A stretch of DNA of 64,000 bases from Amoebophrya sp. A120 (lineage: Eukaryota; Protista; Dinoflagellata), in the NCBI GenBank assembly GCA_905178155.1, contig CAJINV010000007.1, forward strand, positions 672,898 through 736,897. The letters are read 5' to 3'. Shown here piece by piece: positions 1 through 12,407 of this stretch. How positions within the stretch are numbered: the first letter of the stretch is position 1; every line of letters starts with the position of its first letter. A program made the translations under genes and the position numbers. The notes under the pieces were generated by a model that did no database searches, was not told the origin of the DNA, and saw nothing but the letters and a program-made list of their open reading frames with translations.

Positions 1-160
1 TGGCTGATTTGGGGGTCAGCATTTCCCTCGAGATCTAGGCTGGCATCTACGCCAGGCAAGCCGCCTCGCCTCGCGCGTTCCTTGGTACGCGGAGCAGGCT
101 GCCCGTCTTTTCTGCCTCCGGATCTCGCTCCGCAATCTTGCGCGGCGACGTGCGGAGGGA

Positions 161-281
161 GAGGTAGATCACCTTCCTGGCCAGCCACAGTCCATACTCA
201 ATCAACATTCTGACCACAGAGGTAGATCACCTTCCTGGGGAGGTTTTTTCAATCCATACTCGATCAACATTCTGAACCACA
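161..281. repeat. Imperfect tandem duplication (~60 bp unit)
   Basis: GAGGTAGATCACCTTCCTGG at 161 and 219; TCCATACTCRATCAACATTCTGA at 191 and 253. Confidence 0.8.
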
Positions 282-2668
282 ATCGGAATAACAATTTCAT
301 CGCTAGCGGCAGCTCCTCTTCAGCAGCTCTCACAATGACGACTGGTGGCGGACCGGAGTTGGCGCAGGTATAACGTATGAGGAACTTCTTGATGTTTTGG
401 GGTCGCCTGCTAAGAGCATAGGAAAGATTTTTTCGTGTGCGAAGATTATGTGTTTTAACAGCTTTAGTACCTTTAGCAAATACCTCCCTGGTCCTTTTCA
501 TTGATTTATTGATGTTTGAACTCCTTCTCCTTTCTTAACATTTTTCCGCCGCCTTGTGTCAGGTCGCCGTGCTGGTGCCTAGTGTGAAGACGAAAATTTC
601 ATCCGTGCAAGAAATGGCACGGAACATCCGGAAGAAGCGACAAGCCCTCAATTTCAACGCCAAGGATTCCCTCGTGGCCACCTCGATGGCTTCTTTGTGC
701 ACGACAACCACTGGGCTTTCTAAAACCGCGGAAGAAATAGCGACCGCGGGTGCAGCTATTGTAACGGGTAGCACTGCCAGAACTAGTACACCAAAAACAG
801 CTGCATCCAGTGCAGATTTAATGCCGATTTTTTCATTAAGTACATCCACTATGTCGACTTCCAGACTAGAACAGAATGCGCCGCTGCTGAGGCTGGTGGA
901 CTCGGACCTGCTCGGGCCACCGACTGTGCTGCGGAATCGCAATGGTATGGAAAGCTAGCGGACCTCGTCCAGGGGAAGATGTGCTAGGGTGTAGTTTGAT
1001 CATGTAGAGTCACTACAGCATGAGCGTAATCCATCGTACTCACGCTAAAAAGACGCTTACACTGGTAAGTAGTAGTTCTAGTTGTTGGGTTGCATGGTCG
1101 TACTACTATATTTATAATCTTCCAGAGTCTTTTCCAGGCTCGAGTGAGTTGTGGCATTTTTTATACGACAAGAAATCCCCGTTGGTGACAGACTCCGGCT
1201 TCCTTTGAATACTGATGAAGAAGTTCTACAACTATGCCAGGACAACGAACAACAGCACCCTGCTGCCCACTGTGCGCGAGGAGCTCTTGGGAATGTGATG
1301 AAGAGAGAGTAGCTCAACGTCAAGCAGGAAGCAAAATGCTGTTAGTTTAAACATATCACACGATCACTTCGAGTGGCTGTGGCTATCGACGTACTTAGTT
1401 ACTTCCGCGTGTACCATCAAAGCGGAACGCGCTGGTAGTTCTTTTTTGCGTCAGTACTTTAGGGAACAAAGGGTTTATTTCGTAGGATTCATAAGCCTAA
1501 GCGCCATAGCCATTCAACATCTTTGCTTTGCTTGGTACAACTTATGGATACGAATGCTACTTCTATTTCGACTTTGAGAGCAGTCAGGAGGTTCCGCTGC
1601 ACGAGGACCCACACGATAAGTAAGTACTTACAACTGCGCTTATGATCTTATGTGAGAATCACGCATGATCTGGACTACAACTCGCTCTTTCTATTGCCCG
1701 AAAGGGATGGTGATTCCAAATCTCATGCTGAATACGATTCGAAGATTCTCTTGGTACTACACATAGCGATTTATTCTTACATGCAGCTATTGCTATTTGT
1801 AGTCCATCTCGTACTACTTTTCTAGGACAAAGTCGAACTTCTTTTGTGAGCATGACATCGCAAAATTGACGACATCTCGTGATCATATCAAACATCTAGT
1901 GAGCAGGGGCATATGCATATCACGCTACGAATAAATCGAAAAGCTGGAAGGTGAGACAGCACGCCTTTTAGTGGAACGTGAATACCCTATCGATCATGCA
2001 AAATCAGGACTAAAAAACAACATGGCAAGAACAGCAAGAAGGTCACTGCAGCTCTCGAGCTAATTTTTCCTTTTCTGAAAGAGATTTTTATCAGTTTCAT
2101 GTTGGGTTGTTGTTACTTTTTGCGTCATTAAGGACCAATCCATTCGCATGCATGATGAATCACAAAAAAAAGCCTTTTACCTTTGCCATAATTGTTCGAC
2201 GCAAATCGTTCGATATTTTTGGGGAGTTTTTTTGATCGTCGGTTTTTTTTTTTGTCTCGTTCTCGTTGATGCCGTGAGATGGTTGTTCCGAGAGTGAGGG
2301 TGAGACTCGCGTTCGAGAGAGAAAAAGAGCGAAGCAAAAGAGAATACTTCGAAAAATAGTTGCTCATTTCTGTTTTTCGTGCTTCTCGTATTTTTGTCAG
2401 AAAACATAGATGATGGCAAACCGGCAATATGTCTACTTGAACAAGACGGCCACGATGATAGATTGCCAGTTATTTTTGAATTAGAACGAGCTCCGTACTA
2501 ACCCGTCTGTGGAACACCTGTAGTATCTATCCTTGCGGAACACAGTGAAACGCTTTGTGCGTTTTCGTATGTTTGTGCAACAGCAAACTTGAATTATCCG
2601 CTTCCAAGTACAACCCTACTGAGAAGTACTAGTATCGCTAAACTTCGTTCGATATTACCCCCAGGAGC

Positions 2669-5600
2669 ATGCCGTCGCCGGCGAAGAGCTTCAAGCAGCC
2701 GCGGGTGCACGTTCCCGGCGCGTCGCCGCCCACGAAGCGGTTGCACACTGCAGCTTCGGGAGTTGGAGCAGCTGCTTCCGGAAGTTGTATCGCCACTGGA
2801 GCAGGAGCTCCTGCGGGCGGGGCCATCATCTTCGACGCACCAACACCCGCGAAGAACTACGGTGCAGCTACTACCTCGAAAATGAACCTGTTCGGGGCGG
2901 GACAAGAAGCTGTGCCTGCTGCAGCGGGGTCGTTGTTCGATCAAGATTCTTTATTCGACGCTGAGATAGCGCTGGCTCTTCAGGTATCAAATGTAAAACT
3001 GTCTGGGTCTGGAAGTTTGGAACTTGTGATGCTGGCTTTGGACTCTAAGAAAATCTGTATTGCATGGCCAGCAAGAGGGTTCCAGTTTGTGCTACGCGGG
3101 GAGGGCGTTTGTCATGCGGAATTATAGGCATCAGGAAGCCTTCTAGAAATCTGCGATGCAAGATCATGCATTACAGGCATCATGGGTCATGTAAAACAGG
3201 CATGACAAACCTTGCATTCTTCCAGACCCAGACATTTTTGCATTTGATATCAGGAGCACCAGCAGGAGGATGTGGATGATGTGCTCATGCAGGAGCAACA
3301 GAACAACAGCCACGTTCTGCAGCAAACAAGAGCATCATCTTCTTCGTCCTCTTCTTCCTCTTCGGGCGCTAATATCATCAAAAATCCCGCATCGGCATCC
3401 TCTTCCTCTTTCGGTGCAAGCAGCTTGTTCCACCAGCACCAGCGGCGACCACAGTCTGCTGGCGCTGTCAACGGCAACATCTTATCTGCCGGAAATAGCA
3501 ATTTACAACTTGTCACCAGAAATGCTGCGACGCTGAATAACTTCAATCTCAACGGGTTGCGGATGAACCAGCCGGCGCAGGGAATTCTGTCACGGAACAA
3601 CAAAGATAAACCGTTGCGGGACGAGTTCGGGGAGTTGGAAGAGGAGGAGGACGACGATGAGGGAAACAAAAGCGAACTCGAGGACTTCGACAACGATACT
3701 AAAAATAATCTCTCCACCGACGAGGTGGAAGAAGAAGATGAAAATGAAAATCAAGCCTTGCAGCTGCTGGCCGCCGACGGTTTGCAAGGTGATCTTCTCG
3801 AAACAACTTCTACCAACGAAAACGAGGAAAACCTAAATCACAACCCCTTCACCCACCTTCCGATTGCGGACCAGACCGCAAAACTCCCCGCGAAGAGACC
3901 CACGGGACGCAACGTTTTGCGCCAGGGAGACGAGGGCTTCAACCAGTTCTACCGGCAATGGCTGCGGGAAAAAGGGATCATCAACACCAGCGGCGCAGAC
4001 AACCACATGGTCAACGGCGTAGTACAGCAAGACGAGTTATCTACTTCTTGCAAACCGCTGCCGCAGCAGGCTGTGGTTCTGGCCGGTCTCCGCTCGGGGT
4101 TCACGCCGAAAATTTTGGTAGACCACAGAACCGGCGCCGGAAAGACCAGAACGATGATTCAAGTCATCGACGAGTTTTTTCTTTCCCCGAACCCGAAGGT
4201 GGTCATCGTGCCGACGGACAACATTCGCCGGAATTTCCTGCTCGAGTTAATCCGCTGGCCCTCGAAGTGGAGAACCTACTGGGCGGCGGAGAACCAAGAG
4301 TTTGCCCGGACTGCTGCGAGATCGAAGTCTTGGGCGAAGAGGCTCGATCAGGAGTGGACCAACCCGAAGCGGGAGATGATTTCTTCCATGGAGGCCGCGA
4401 TCGGCATGAAGTCCTTGATTCGCAACGGCCAAATCCGCGACGGCTTCGCGGAAAAATTCATCGAGCGGTTTCCCCAGGTTTGCTTCCCCAAAGCGCCGGT
4501 CCGGGTCCTGAGCTACGGGTGCGCGGGCGGCATACGGATTGCAACTATGTCTGGGTCTGGAAGAGTGGAACTTGTAGTGCTCTCTGCGGATTCTAGAAAT
4601 ATCTGTGTTGCATGAGCAGCAAGAGGAGGCAGTTCTTGGCACGCGGAGAGAGCATTTCTCATGCGTGATTAGTATCAACATGCTCTCAAAAAATCAGTGA
4701 TGCTAGCACCAGCATCACAGACCTCACGGGTCATGCAAAATGTGCATGACAAGCCCCGACTCTTCCAGACCCAGACATTTTTACATTTGATACGGCAGTG
4801 CGATGAACAAGAAGAATCCGGACGTCATTCTCCGGTTTGGAAAGAAATTGCCCCCGAAGGTGAAGAGCGCTGACGGATCGAAGAAGCAGGAACAGGATTG
4901 GTCGGACCAAAATCTGTACGACAACACGATTGTCCTCCTGGACGAAGCGCACAATGCGGTGAAGGAGCAGTCCCAGTACCGCGCGCAATTGGAAAAACTC
5001 TGCGACGCTTTGAAGCGAACGAACGAGAACACCCGCGTTGTCTTCCTCACGGCCACGCCCGCGCCCGCGGTGAGCGGGAATCAGGCCGTGAATGGGAGAT
5101 CATCTGTGAACCCGCAGAAGTTGTTGGATTTGGTTAAAGGACTACGAGACGTGCTCCTGAGCCGCAACAACGAGGGCTACGTGAGCCATTTTGATGGCGT
5201 TGCCGGGTTCCCGAAAATTCTGACCACCAAGCGGTACAAGTACGGGCTGGGTTTCCAGGAGTCGGCCATGGGGACGGTTGGCAAACTGCCCTACCGGGTC
5301 GCGAACGTGGTGCGCGTGCCGATGGGCAGCGGGGTCTACCTGCGATACCTGCGGACCTGGATGGCTTTATCCGATCACAACAGCCTGGGCGACCCGGCTT
5401 CGAAAAAACGGCTGCTGGCGCGCGGGGTGGTCTGGATGCCGCCGCTATCAAATGTAAAAATGTCTGGGTCTGGAACAAGGCAAGTTGTCATGCTAAATCT
5501 GGATTATGTAAAAATCTGCGTTGCGTGATTACCAAAAGCTGTCCACTGTTGACCTAATCGAGAGGCAGTTTCTCATGCAGGATACGCATGATAGAACTCT

Positions 5601-8600
5601 CACAGAATCTGTCATGCTCTGTCCTACAGACTAGAGCTCATGGGTCATGGAAAACCTGCATAACAAGTCTGGCATTCTTCCAGACCCAGACATTTTTACA
5701 TTTGATAGCCGCAGAGCGCGTCGCGGGAAGACCAGAAGGCGAAGCTGCTTACCGCGGATGAGTCCAGTATGGGAGTGTCAGAATCGAAATCAACAAAATC
5801 GAAATGATTTGTGATGCATAAAATCGATACCACTTGGAGCCTCAGTTTCCACGTGGCGCATGACAAATTTCGGGAGCGCCAAAATCCAGTCTGTCGTGCT
5901 GTTTAGGCAAAGAACACTGCTCCTGTCGTGCTACTCTGGCAGCGCATCTTCTTCCCCTAAACAGGTTCACAATCGGTCTCATTTGCCTACTCCCCAATAC
6001 AGGCCTCCAGTGCCCTACATTTTATGCATCACAAATTTTTCTTTTTTGTCGATTTCGACCCTGAAACATCCATATCCAGCATCGAGGCGTTTGCGTCGAA
6101 GGTGTATCGTGTGGGGGACCGGGTGAGGGAGATGGAGTTGAAGGCACTGGTATATCCTGTGTAAAAACGTCCCCACCCCAGAGTTGTAACTGTGCTTTGT
6201 TTTGTTTTTGGTTTTTTTCAGTACATAAACACCCCAGAGGTGTAATGCGAATCTGCGTGGTTGAAATGTTTCTCATGCGAAGACGCATGAGAAGCTTTTT
6301 CTAGTGGTGTTTTGAGATTTGTGATGCCCAAATCAGCATGATAAACTGGATCTGTGATGCTGCTGCACTAGCTAAACGTGGCTACATTACTAGCCCAAAT
6401 TTGTCATGCGCAACAGCCAAAGCTTGATGATTTGTGTAGCAGCTTTCCCATCTTGACTATGGGGTGGGGACGTTTTTACAAATGATATGGCGTTGGTGTC
6501 CAAGCAGCAGGGGTTCAACACGGTCGTGGACATTTTGGGCGAGATGGTCGGGAAAAATCGGGTATCAAATGCAAATATGTCTGGGCCCGGAAAGATCGAT
6601 GGAACTTGTAATGCTAGTCCTACATGCCTGTAAAATCTGTATTGCGTGACCAACCAGAAGACGCCTTCTTTTGTCATACAAAAGCGCAGCAGGTTCTCAT
6701 GCGGGCTGCGCACCATGAGCAAGTATAATTGCGCAAATAACTTGTCATGCTTGGCTGAATTGGGAAATCTTTCAATCATCCACAGCTCAGCATCACAAGT
6801 TTCCAGACATCTAGACATATTTGCCTTTGATATCGGGTCCTGTCCTTGCGGGAGAAGTCGCAGGTGGCCGGCACCATGGAAAAGTTCAACGCGGACAACA
6901 ACTTGTTCGGGCAAAAATACCTCGTGCTTGTGGCCGACACGGACACCTGCGGGGAAGGCGTCAGCTTCATGAGCGTATTGTTTTGAGACAGAACTAGAAG
7001 AAGCACTGGTGATTTTTTTGTTGTTTTTCCTTCTCGTCAACATGATGACCAATTGCGAGTGCAGGATTTTTAATGTTGTCCAATTTTGGACTCAAAATGA
7101 AAATTCTCTTTGTCGTAAATGAGAAGATATATCAAAATCACTTCATCATCATCACAGGTCCGTGAGTGTCACCTATTGACGATTCCGCAGTCTGTCAACG
7201 ACTTTTACCAGTGGTTGGGGAGATCTAACCGCCAGGGTAGTCACAAGAAGTTAGACGCCGAAGATCAGGACCTCGAGTACTTTTATGCATTGCAAAAAAG
7301 TTCCTGCACTGCTACCACAACATACTTCCACCATCTTCAATGCATTTTTACAGACGAAAAACTTCCGTCTGCCCAAATAACTCACTCGAACAGAGCAACC
7401 TATCGTGGTCAGTCAAGGCTGGTACTGCTATCACAACCACTTCGACTTCCGAACCACTGCATAATATGCAGTGGTTCGGAAGTCGAAGTGGTTGTAACAT
7501 TTTTGCACAGCATAATCCCCTGTACGTGGCTACCTTCCCGCGAGACTGGAAACCCAGCACTCTGTCTGTGAAAAAGCGGACCTTCCTGCGGTCGGCGTTT
7601 ACGGGGGCGATCCGGGACAAGACGGGTATGCATTGCAAATATGTCTGGGTCTGGAAGAGTGCAACTTGTGATGCTAACTTTGGAAGCTAAAAAAAATCTG
7701 CATTGCATGACCAGCAAGAGGTGGCCTCCAGTTTGTGCTGCGCCGGGATGGCATTTCTCATGCGGAATAGGCATCAGGAAGCCTTCTACTAAAAATCTGT
7801 GATGCTAGGTCATGCATTACAGGCGTCATGGGTCATGCAAAGAAGGCATGACTCTTCCAGACCCAAACATATTTGCAGTTGATAACGGGCAAGGCCGAGC
7901 GAAACCTGCTGAAGAACGTGAACAAGCTCGACATATGCATTCTGCAAATGTGTCTGGGCCAGGAAAGACGCGATTTGTGATGCTAATTTTCGATCACGCA
8001 AAAATCTGTATTGCATAAAGCAGCAAAAAATAAAGGCACTCAGATTGGTGCCACCCTGAGCAGACGAGGGCCCTTCTCATGTCGGCTAGGCATGACCAAC
8101 CCTTCGCGAAAGCTCCTGTGATGCCCGAGCATGCATCACAGGCGTCGCGGGTCATGTACAAGTTGCATGACAAACCCCCCCAACAAGCTCTTCCAGACCC
8201 AGACATGTTTGCATTCGATACGACAACGCCTTCGAGTCGTCAGCGGAGTTGGGCAAGGCGGTCCGGCGGGTGCAGAACATCCGGAAGAAGCACGACGGCG
8301 ATTTCCTCGAGCACTACATCGATGCGGAGAAGGAAAACCTCCCCGGAATGCGACTTTTGAACGAGATGGAGATGCGGTCCGTTTCCCACCAGTCCAGTGC
8401 CTGTCTCGCGTACCTGACCCAGACCGAGGACGAGAAGTCGCTTGCCGTCCTGCGGTATCAAATGCAAATTATAATATGTCTCGGTCTGGAATAAACTTGT
8501 GTTGCTGATACTTGCACTGCAGACTGACTGCTTGTACGGCGTAACAGCATGAGAAGTTTATTTTCTGCTCAGTGCGAATCCATTCGTACTTAGCATTGCA

Positions 8601-9269
8601 AACTGTCATGGACAAAAAATTGGCCGAGTCGCATTTTATGGATCACAAATGATCATTGTCGTCCTTCTTGAAGTTGTCCCGCATCACAAACCCAGACCCA
8701 GATCGATATTTGCAAAGCATATGCGCGGCCAAGTGACCCGGTTTGAGAAGTTTATGAAGACCTGGCGCGAGGGGGCGGCCTTCGACTACCACGGCGTGTA
8801 CGAGGAAGGTGTAGAAGCAGCTGTTGCAGCGTATGACCTGCTCAAACGTTACAATCTCAAGCGTTACAATAGAATTTGGAAATCTGTGATGCAAGAAGTG
8901 CATAATCTAGCCAAGTCGCATAGGACTGCGCATGACAAGTTCCGGAGTCCCAAACCGCACTACAATCTGCCGAAATTTGTGTTGCAAGAAGTGGAGTGGT
9001 CTGCGAGTCTGTCATGCTCATTATGCAACACAAATGCCAGATTCTATTGTAACGTTTGAGATTGTAACGTTTGAGCAGGCCATACAGCAGCAGCTCCGGT
9101 CCAGGTGGTCGCGGAAGTAAACGGAATGGTGAACGGGCTGCAGGGAGGAAGAGAACGTGGGGAGCAGGAACAGTCCGCGGGACAAGGAGAAGAACAATCC
9201 AGCCACGACCAGCCGCAGTTGGACAGCGTGGTCGCTCTGATGCGGGCCATGCAAAAGGAAAACTTCTAG
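2669..9269 (+). CDS. SF2 DExH helicase, poxvirus/NCLDV D6/D11 (VETF/NPH-I)-like; ~1122 aa, 13 exons
   Basis: Exons 2669-2984, 3255-4532, 4798-5445, 5713-5767, 6080-6152, 6493-6562, 6838-6974, 7158-7283, 7520-7626, 7890-7933, 8226-8455, 8727-8831, 9090-9269 join in frame (3369 nt). Motifs: HRTGAGKT (I), LLDEAHN (II), FLTATP (III), GEGVSFMSVRECHLL (V), QWLGRSNRQGSH (VI). Confidence 0.85.
2985..3249. mobile_element. Introner, TIR family A (TATCAAATGCAAAAATGTCTGGGTCTGGAAG)
   Basis: ~30-bp TIRs; DR TCAGG/TCAGG; element+5 nt removal keeps frame; also GT-AG compatible. Confidence 0.9.
4533..4792. mobile_element. Introner, family A
   Basis: DR CGGCA/CGGCA; joins ORFs 3272 and 4803 in frame. Confidence 0.9.
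5446..5707. mobile_element. Introner, family A
   Basis: DR GCCGC/GCCGC. Confidence 0.9.
5768..6074. mobile_element. Introner, family B (TATGG..TCAG..TCGAAATC)
   Basis: Imperfect TIRs; DR TCCAG/TCCAG. Confidence 0.85.
6153..6487. mobile_element. Introner, family C (TATCCTGTGTAAAAACGTCCCCACCCC)
   Basis: TIRs; DR TGGTA/TGGCG; frame restored (KALVLVSKQQGF). Confidence 0.85.
6563..6832. mobile_element. Introner, family A
   Basis: DR TCGGG/TCGGG. Confidence 0.9.
6975..7157 (+). other. Canonical GT-AG intron
   Basis: GTATTG...CACAG; joins GEGVSFMS to VRECHLL. Confidence 0.8.
7284..7514. mobile_element. Degenerate introner with internal palindrome
   Basis: TATGCATTGCAAAA...TTTTGCACAGCATA; DR decayed (ACTTT/ATCCC) but element+5 removal gives EYFLYVAT. 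Confidence 0.7.
7433..7495. repeat. Perfect 31-bp inverted repeat with 1-nt spacer
   Basis: ACAACCACTTCGACTTCCGAACCACTGCATA-A-TATGCAGTGGTTCGGAAGTCGAAGTGGTTGT. Confidence 0.95.
7627..7884. mobile_element. Introner, family A
   Basis: DR ACGGG/ACGGG. Confidence 0.9.
7934..8220. mobile_element. Introner, family A
   Basis: DR CGACA/CGACA. Confidence 0.9.
8456..8721. mobile_element. Introner, family A (diverged)
   Basis: DR TGCGG/TGCGC. Confidence 0.85.
8832..9084. mobile_element. Introner, family D (TATGRCCTGCTCAAACGTTACA)
   Basis: ~48-bp near-perfect TIRs; DR CAGCG/CAGCA. Confidence 0.9.
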
Positions 9270-12200
9270 TCTACCGCAATGATGCGTTCGATATGAAAGA
9301 GGTGCACCTCCCGAATTTACTTATCCGAAAGGCTCTCCAGCAGATCTTTATATATCAGCATCAGGAAATTAACTAATGCGAACCTTCAAGAAGAGAACAG
9401 CCCTCCGCTCGTTTACCGTAGCTGGTTTTCCAAAACAAAAAAAATAACCTACAAAATGAGAGAGGAAGAAGTCAGTAGGAATGTGGAAGTTTACAAATAG
9501 AAACTGTGTTTACCACCGCTAATAATGAACAAGTTTAGAATTAAGTCTGATTTTACGCTTGATGTGACAGCATCGAACAGGCACAGAGTGAATCTGCATT
9601 CAATTCAATCAGTCAATCGCTCATCAGAAATTCTTTTGTTTGAAGTCCCCAGTATGGATGGAGCAGTCTTCTATTCCGTGACTGATTCAACACAACCTAA
9701 AGATACTTCGATCGAGAACCTATATAATCATTTTCGTTGTATCGACTATTGTATTCCGTCGTCCTCCGCGCAATCTTTCGTGGTTTTCCTTTTCGTGAGT
9801 TAAAGAACTTAATCTAACCCCTTCTATTTTGGGTATACATTGTTTCATCTCATCTAGAACTTTTCTCTTGATTTTCCCTTCTGTACAAGATTTTTTTCTT
9901 GATTGAGAGCTCTCACTTGACATTTTTCTGCTATGCGTTTAATGTACTCGATCCCAGTAGTTCGTATGAATTTCCTGTACATTTTGGCACAAGCACACGA
10001 CTGTTTGTCTAGCAGCATGTAGTTGTAAGTAGTTTCCTTTGCAGGAGGTAGGAATCGGATACAGTAGGAGCATCGAACAGTCATTGAAGTCGTAGTAAGT
10101 CCACTTATTTTATGAAATTCGTCTCATTTTCCACGTAAGATAAATCGAGTCATGTTCTTTCACAGTTTTCTGTTGCAGCGCACACGCAATTGTGTTATTG
10201 TTGCAGTTCGTTGCAGCGCAACACGAAGAGCATGAGAAACATTTTACGAGTAGAGCTACTTTTCTTTGTCCGAACATCCCGCGATCTTTTTTTGTCATAT
10301 TTTCCAAAACGTCTTCCACGCTTAGGTAGAGTTCGCGTCTTTAAATACTCGGACGTGAAGATCGCTACCAAAGCGGACAATGTGGCGGCAAGGCGTTTTT
10401 ATCCTAGAGCTTCCATTTCTGTAAATTTTGAGCCGTAGCACCGCGAAAAATGAATTTACATCGTCAACGCGAAGGAGCGGCGGAGTGCTACATGTTGTGA
10501 GGAAAGTAGCGCAGGAAGGAAATTGAATTGGCTAGATGAGCTGAAAAAATGCCACGATGTACATCTCTAGTCCACCGCAGCACGTACTACCTGCTCGAGT
10601 CAAGACGGAATACGAAGCGGCTACTTTCCACAACTTCTGTAGAGTACATTCAAGGCGAACTGAACATCCAACACAAATTTCTTTCCTTGGATAGCGTACT
10701 TACATCGCTTCAGAGATGACTCAGATAGTGCGACGCTTCTCGTGTGGTGCAAGCAACGTAACCCGTTCACTATGCAAGTGCTCTCTTTGCCGTTACCGTT
10801 TCGCTTGATTAAAAAGAATTTTCGCCGGTGGCGTCGTAGTAGACAAGAGATCATTCTTCTTCCTCATTCTCCCTGGTCCAAGAAATCGCAGATAATTTCG
10901 CATCCGTGTTCCGTTCGTAATTTGTGCGGTAAGAGCCGCGTTACTCCTGCTACAACAAACACGCATGTTTTTGCGTTCTATCGACTAGTAGAGAAGGCAG
11001 CGCCACATTCATGACCGTCGACTCGTCCTATTTCATCGTTCCTCGTCAGAGGTCAAACAACAGTCGTTCCTCTACTTCCCGGTCGTGGTTAGTGTGTTTC
11101 TACACGAACTGAACAAGTCACTGGCTTCGTTACTCTGGGAAGGCTCCAACTCGTTTCTGTAATAAGTCAGGTCGTGCCGCCGGTGGGCAGGAGACGCATT
11201 GAAAGCTTCTCCTGTATACTAGTAAAGTTCGTGCACTCACGAATCATGCGTATCACTACGATTACCACGACGATAAATAGAATTTCGTCAGACTCAGATG
11301 AATCGTATTCGTACTCGTTTTCTGTGGGTGAAGATCTTGTCCGTCGAATTGGTAAAAGCGACAGTTCCTTTTGTAGTTCGTAGTTCGTGCGAAGTAGTAT
11401 TCGCGGGCCACTTCGTCGGGTGATGTGACCTCATCGTACTTCTCCTCGTCGATAGTAAAGTAGTTTGCTCGTCGTGATGTATAAAAAAATGAATTTACGC
11501 TTTATGTCCTTGTTCCGCACAGAAAAGTAAAACCCTGAAAAACGTTCGTCGTTCTGAAGGAAGACAACCCTCCTGCTAGGCTTGCTTAGCTTTCCAGAAT
11601 AAATACCACTCGGGTCATCTTTTGGAATCGCAAAAAACTTAAGTAAAACTCACAACGCTCCTACGTCGTGCAAATATATCACTCCAGCACATTTTTTTTC
11701 CCACATCACAAGTTTACGTTTTAGTAGCTTGTAAGTAAGTCTAAGTCACATCTTGTTCAGCTGCACAAGAACCGAGAAAAAGCAAGATGCGTGTCTTCGC
11801 GAAGGTTGCTGTCGCCGCCACTTTATGGACGAAGAAGAGGGTGCGTTGGTCAATGAAGGCTTGTAAATGCATGACTTGAAAAGTATCCGAGTTCAGGGTC
11901 TTGCACATAGTAGTTCCCAAGAATTTGCATTGCTTTGGCACGGCCAAGTAGAACACTACTTACCTCTACGACTACGACTTCTACAGCGTTCTTCACTTCC
12001 GTGAGATGAAAACGAAAAGCTCCCGTGTCGACCCTCTAAGATGTCGTGTCGCTGACCACGCCCTTTTTTTCTGTTCCATACGCACTTACCGACGAGGTGG
12101 CTGGCAAGCTGTTCCGGCACCAGACCGGTGCGGCAGTCGGAGCAGGCAACAAGCCGAAGGGGGTATAGACCTTTAAATAATATATTCCAGCAACAGCATT

Positions 12201-12407
12201 TTTCGTACCTGAGGCTGTCCTTGCCGACCAATTTCACATTCAATTGTATTGATGTAGAGGAGGACTCTATTTTCAGGAGCTTGAACTTTATGTAAGTGCT
12301 TGCGAAGAAACAGTTTCGGACTTTGCAGAACAACTGTTCCAAAAAAATAGATTTACGTTATTTATTTCCTTGAAAAAAATACTTATTTATTTCCTGGTTT
12401 CCAACAG

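Noticed and set aside
202-958. ORFs 202-501, 554-958 and 559-942 as genes or a retroelement ORF1
   Set aside because: No recognisable motifs, interrupted frames and a local duplication; cannot be supported from the window alone
7080-7100. Relic dinoflagellate spliced leader (CAATTTTGGACTCAA)
   Set aside because: Short gapped match located within an intron; compatible with chance
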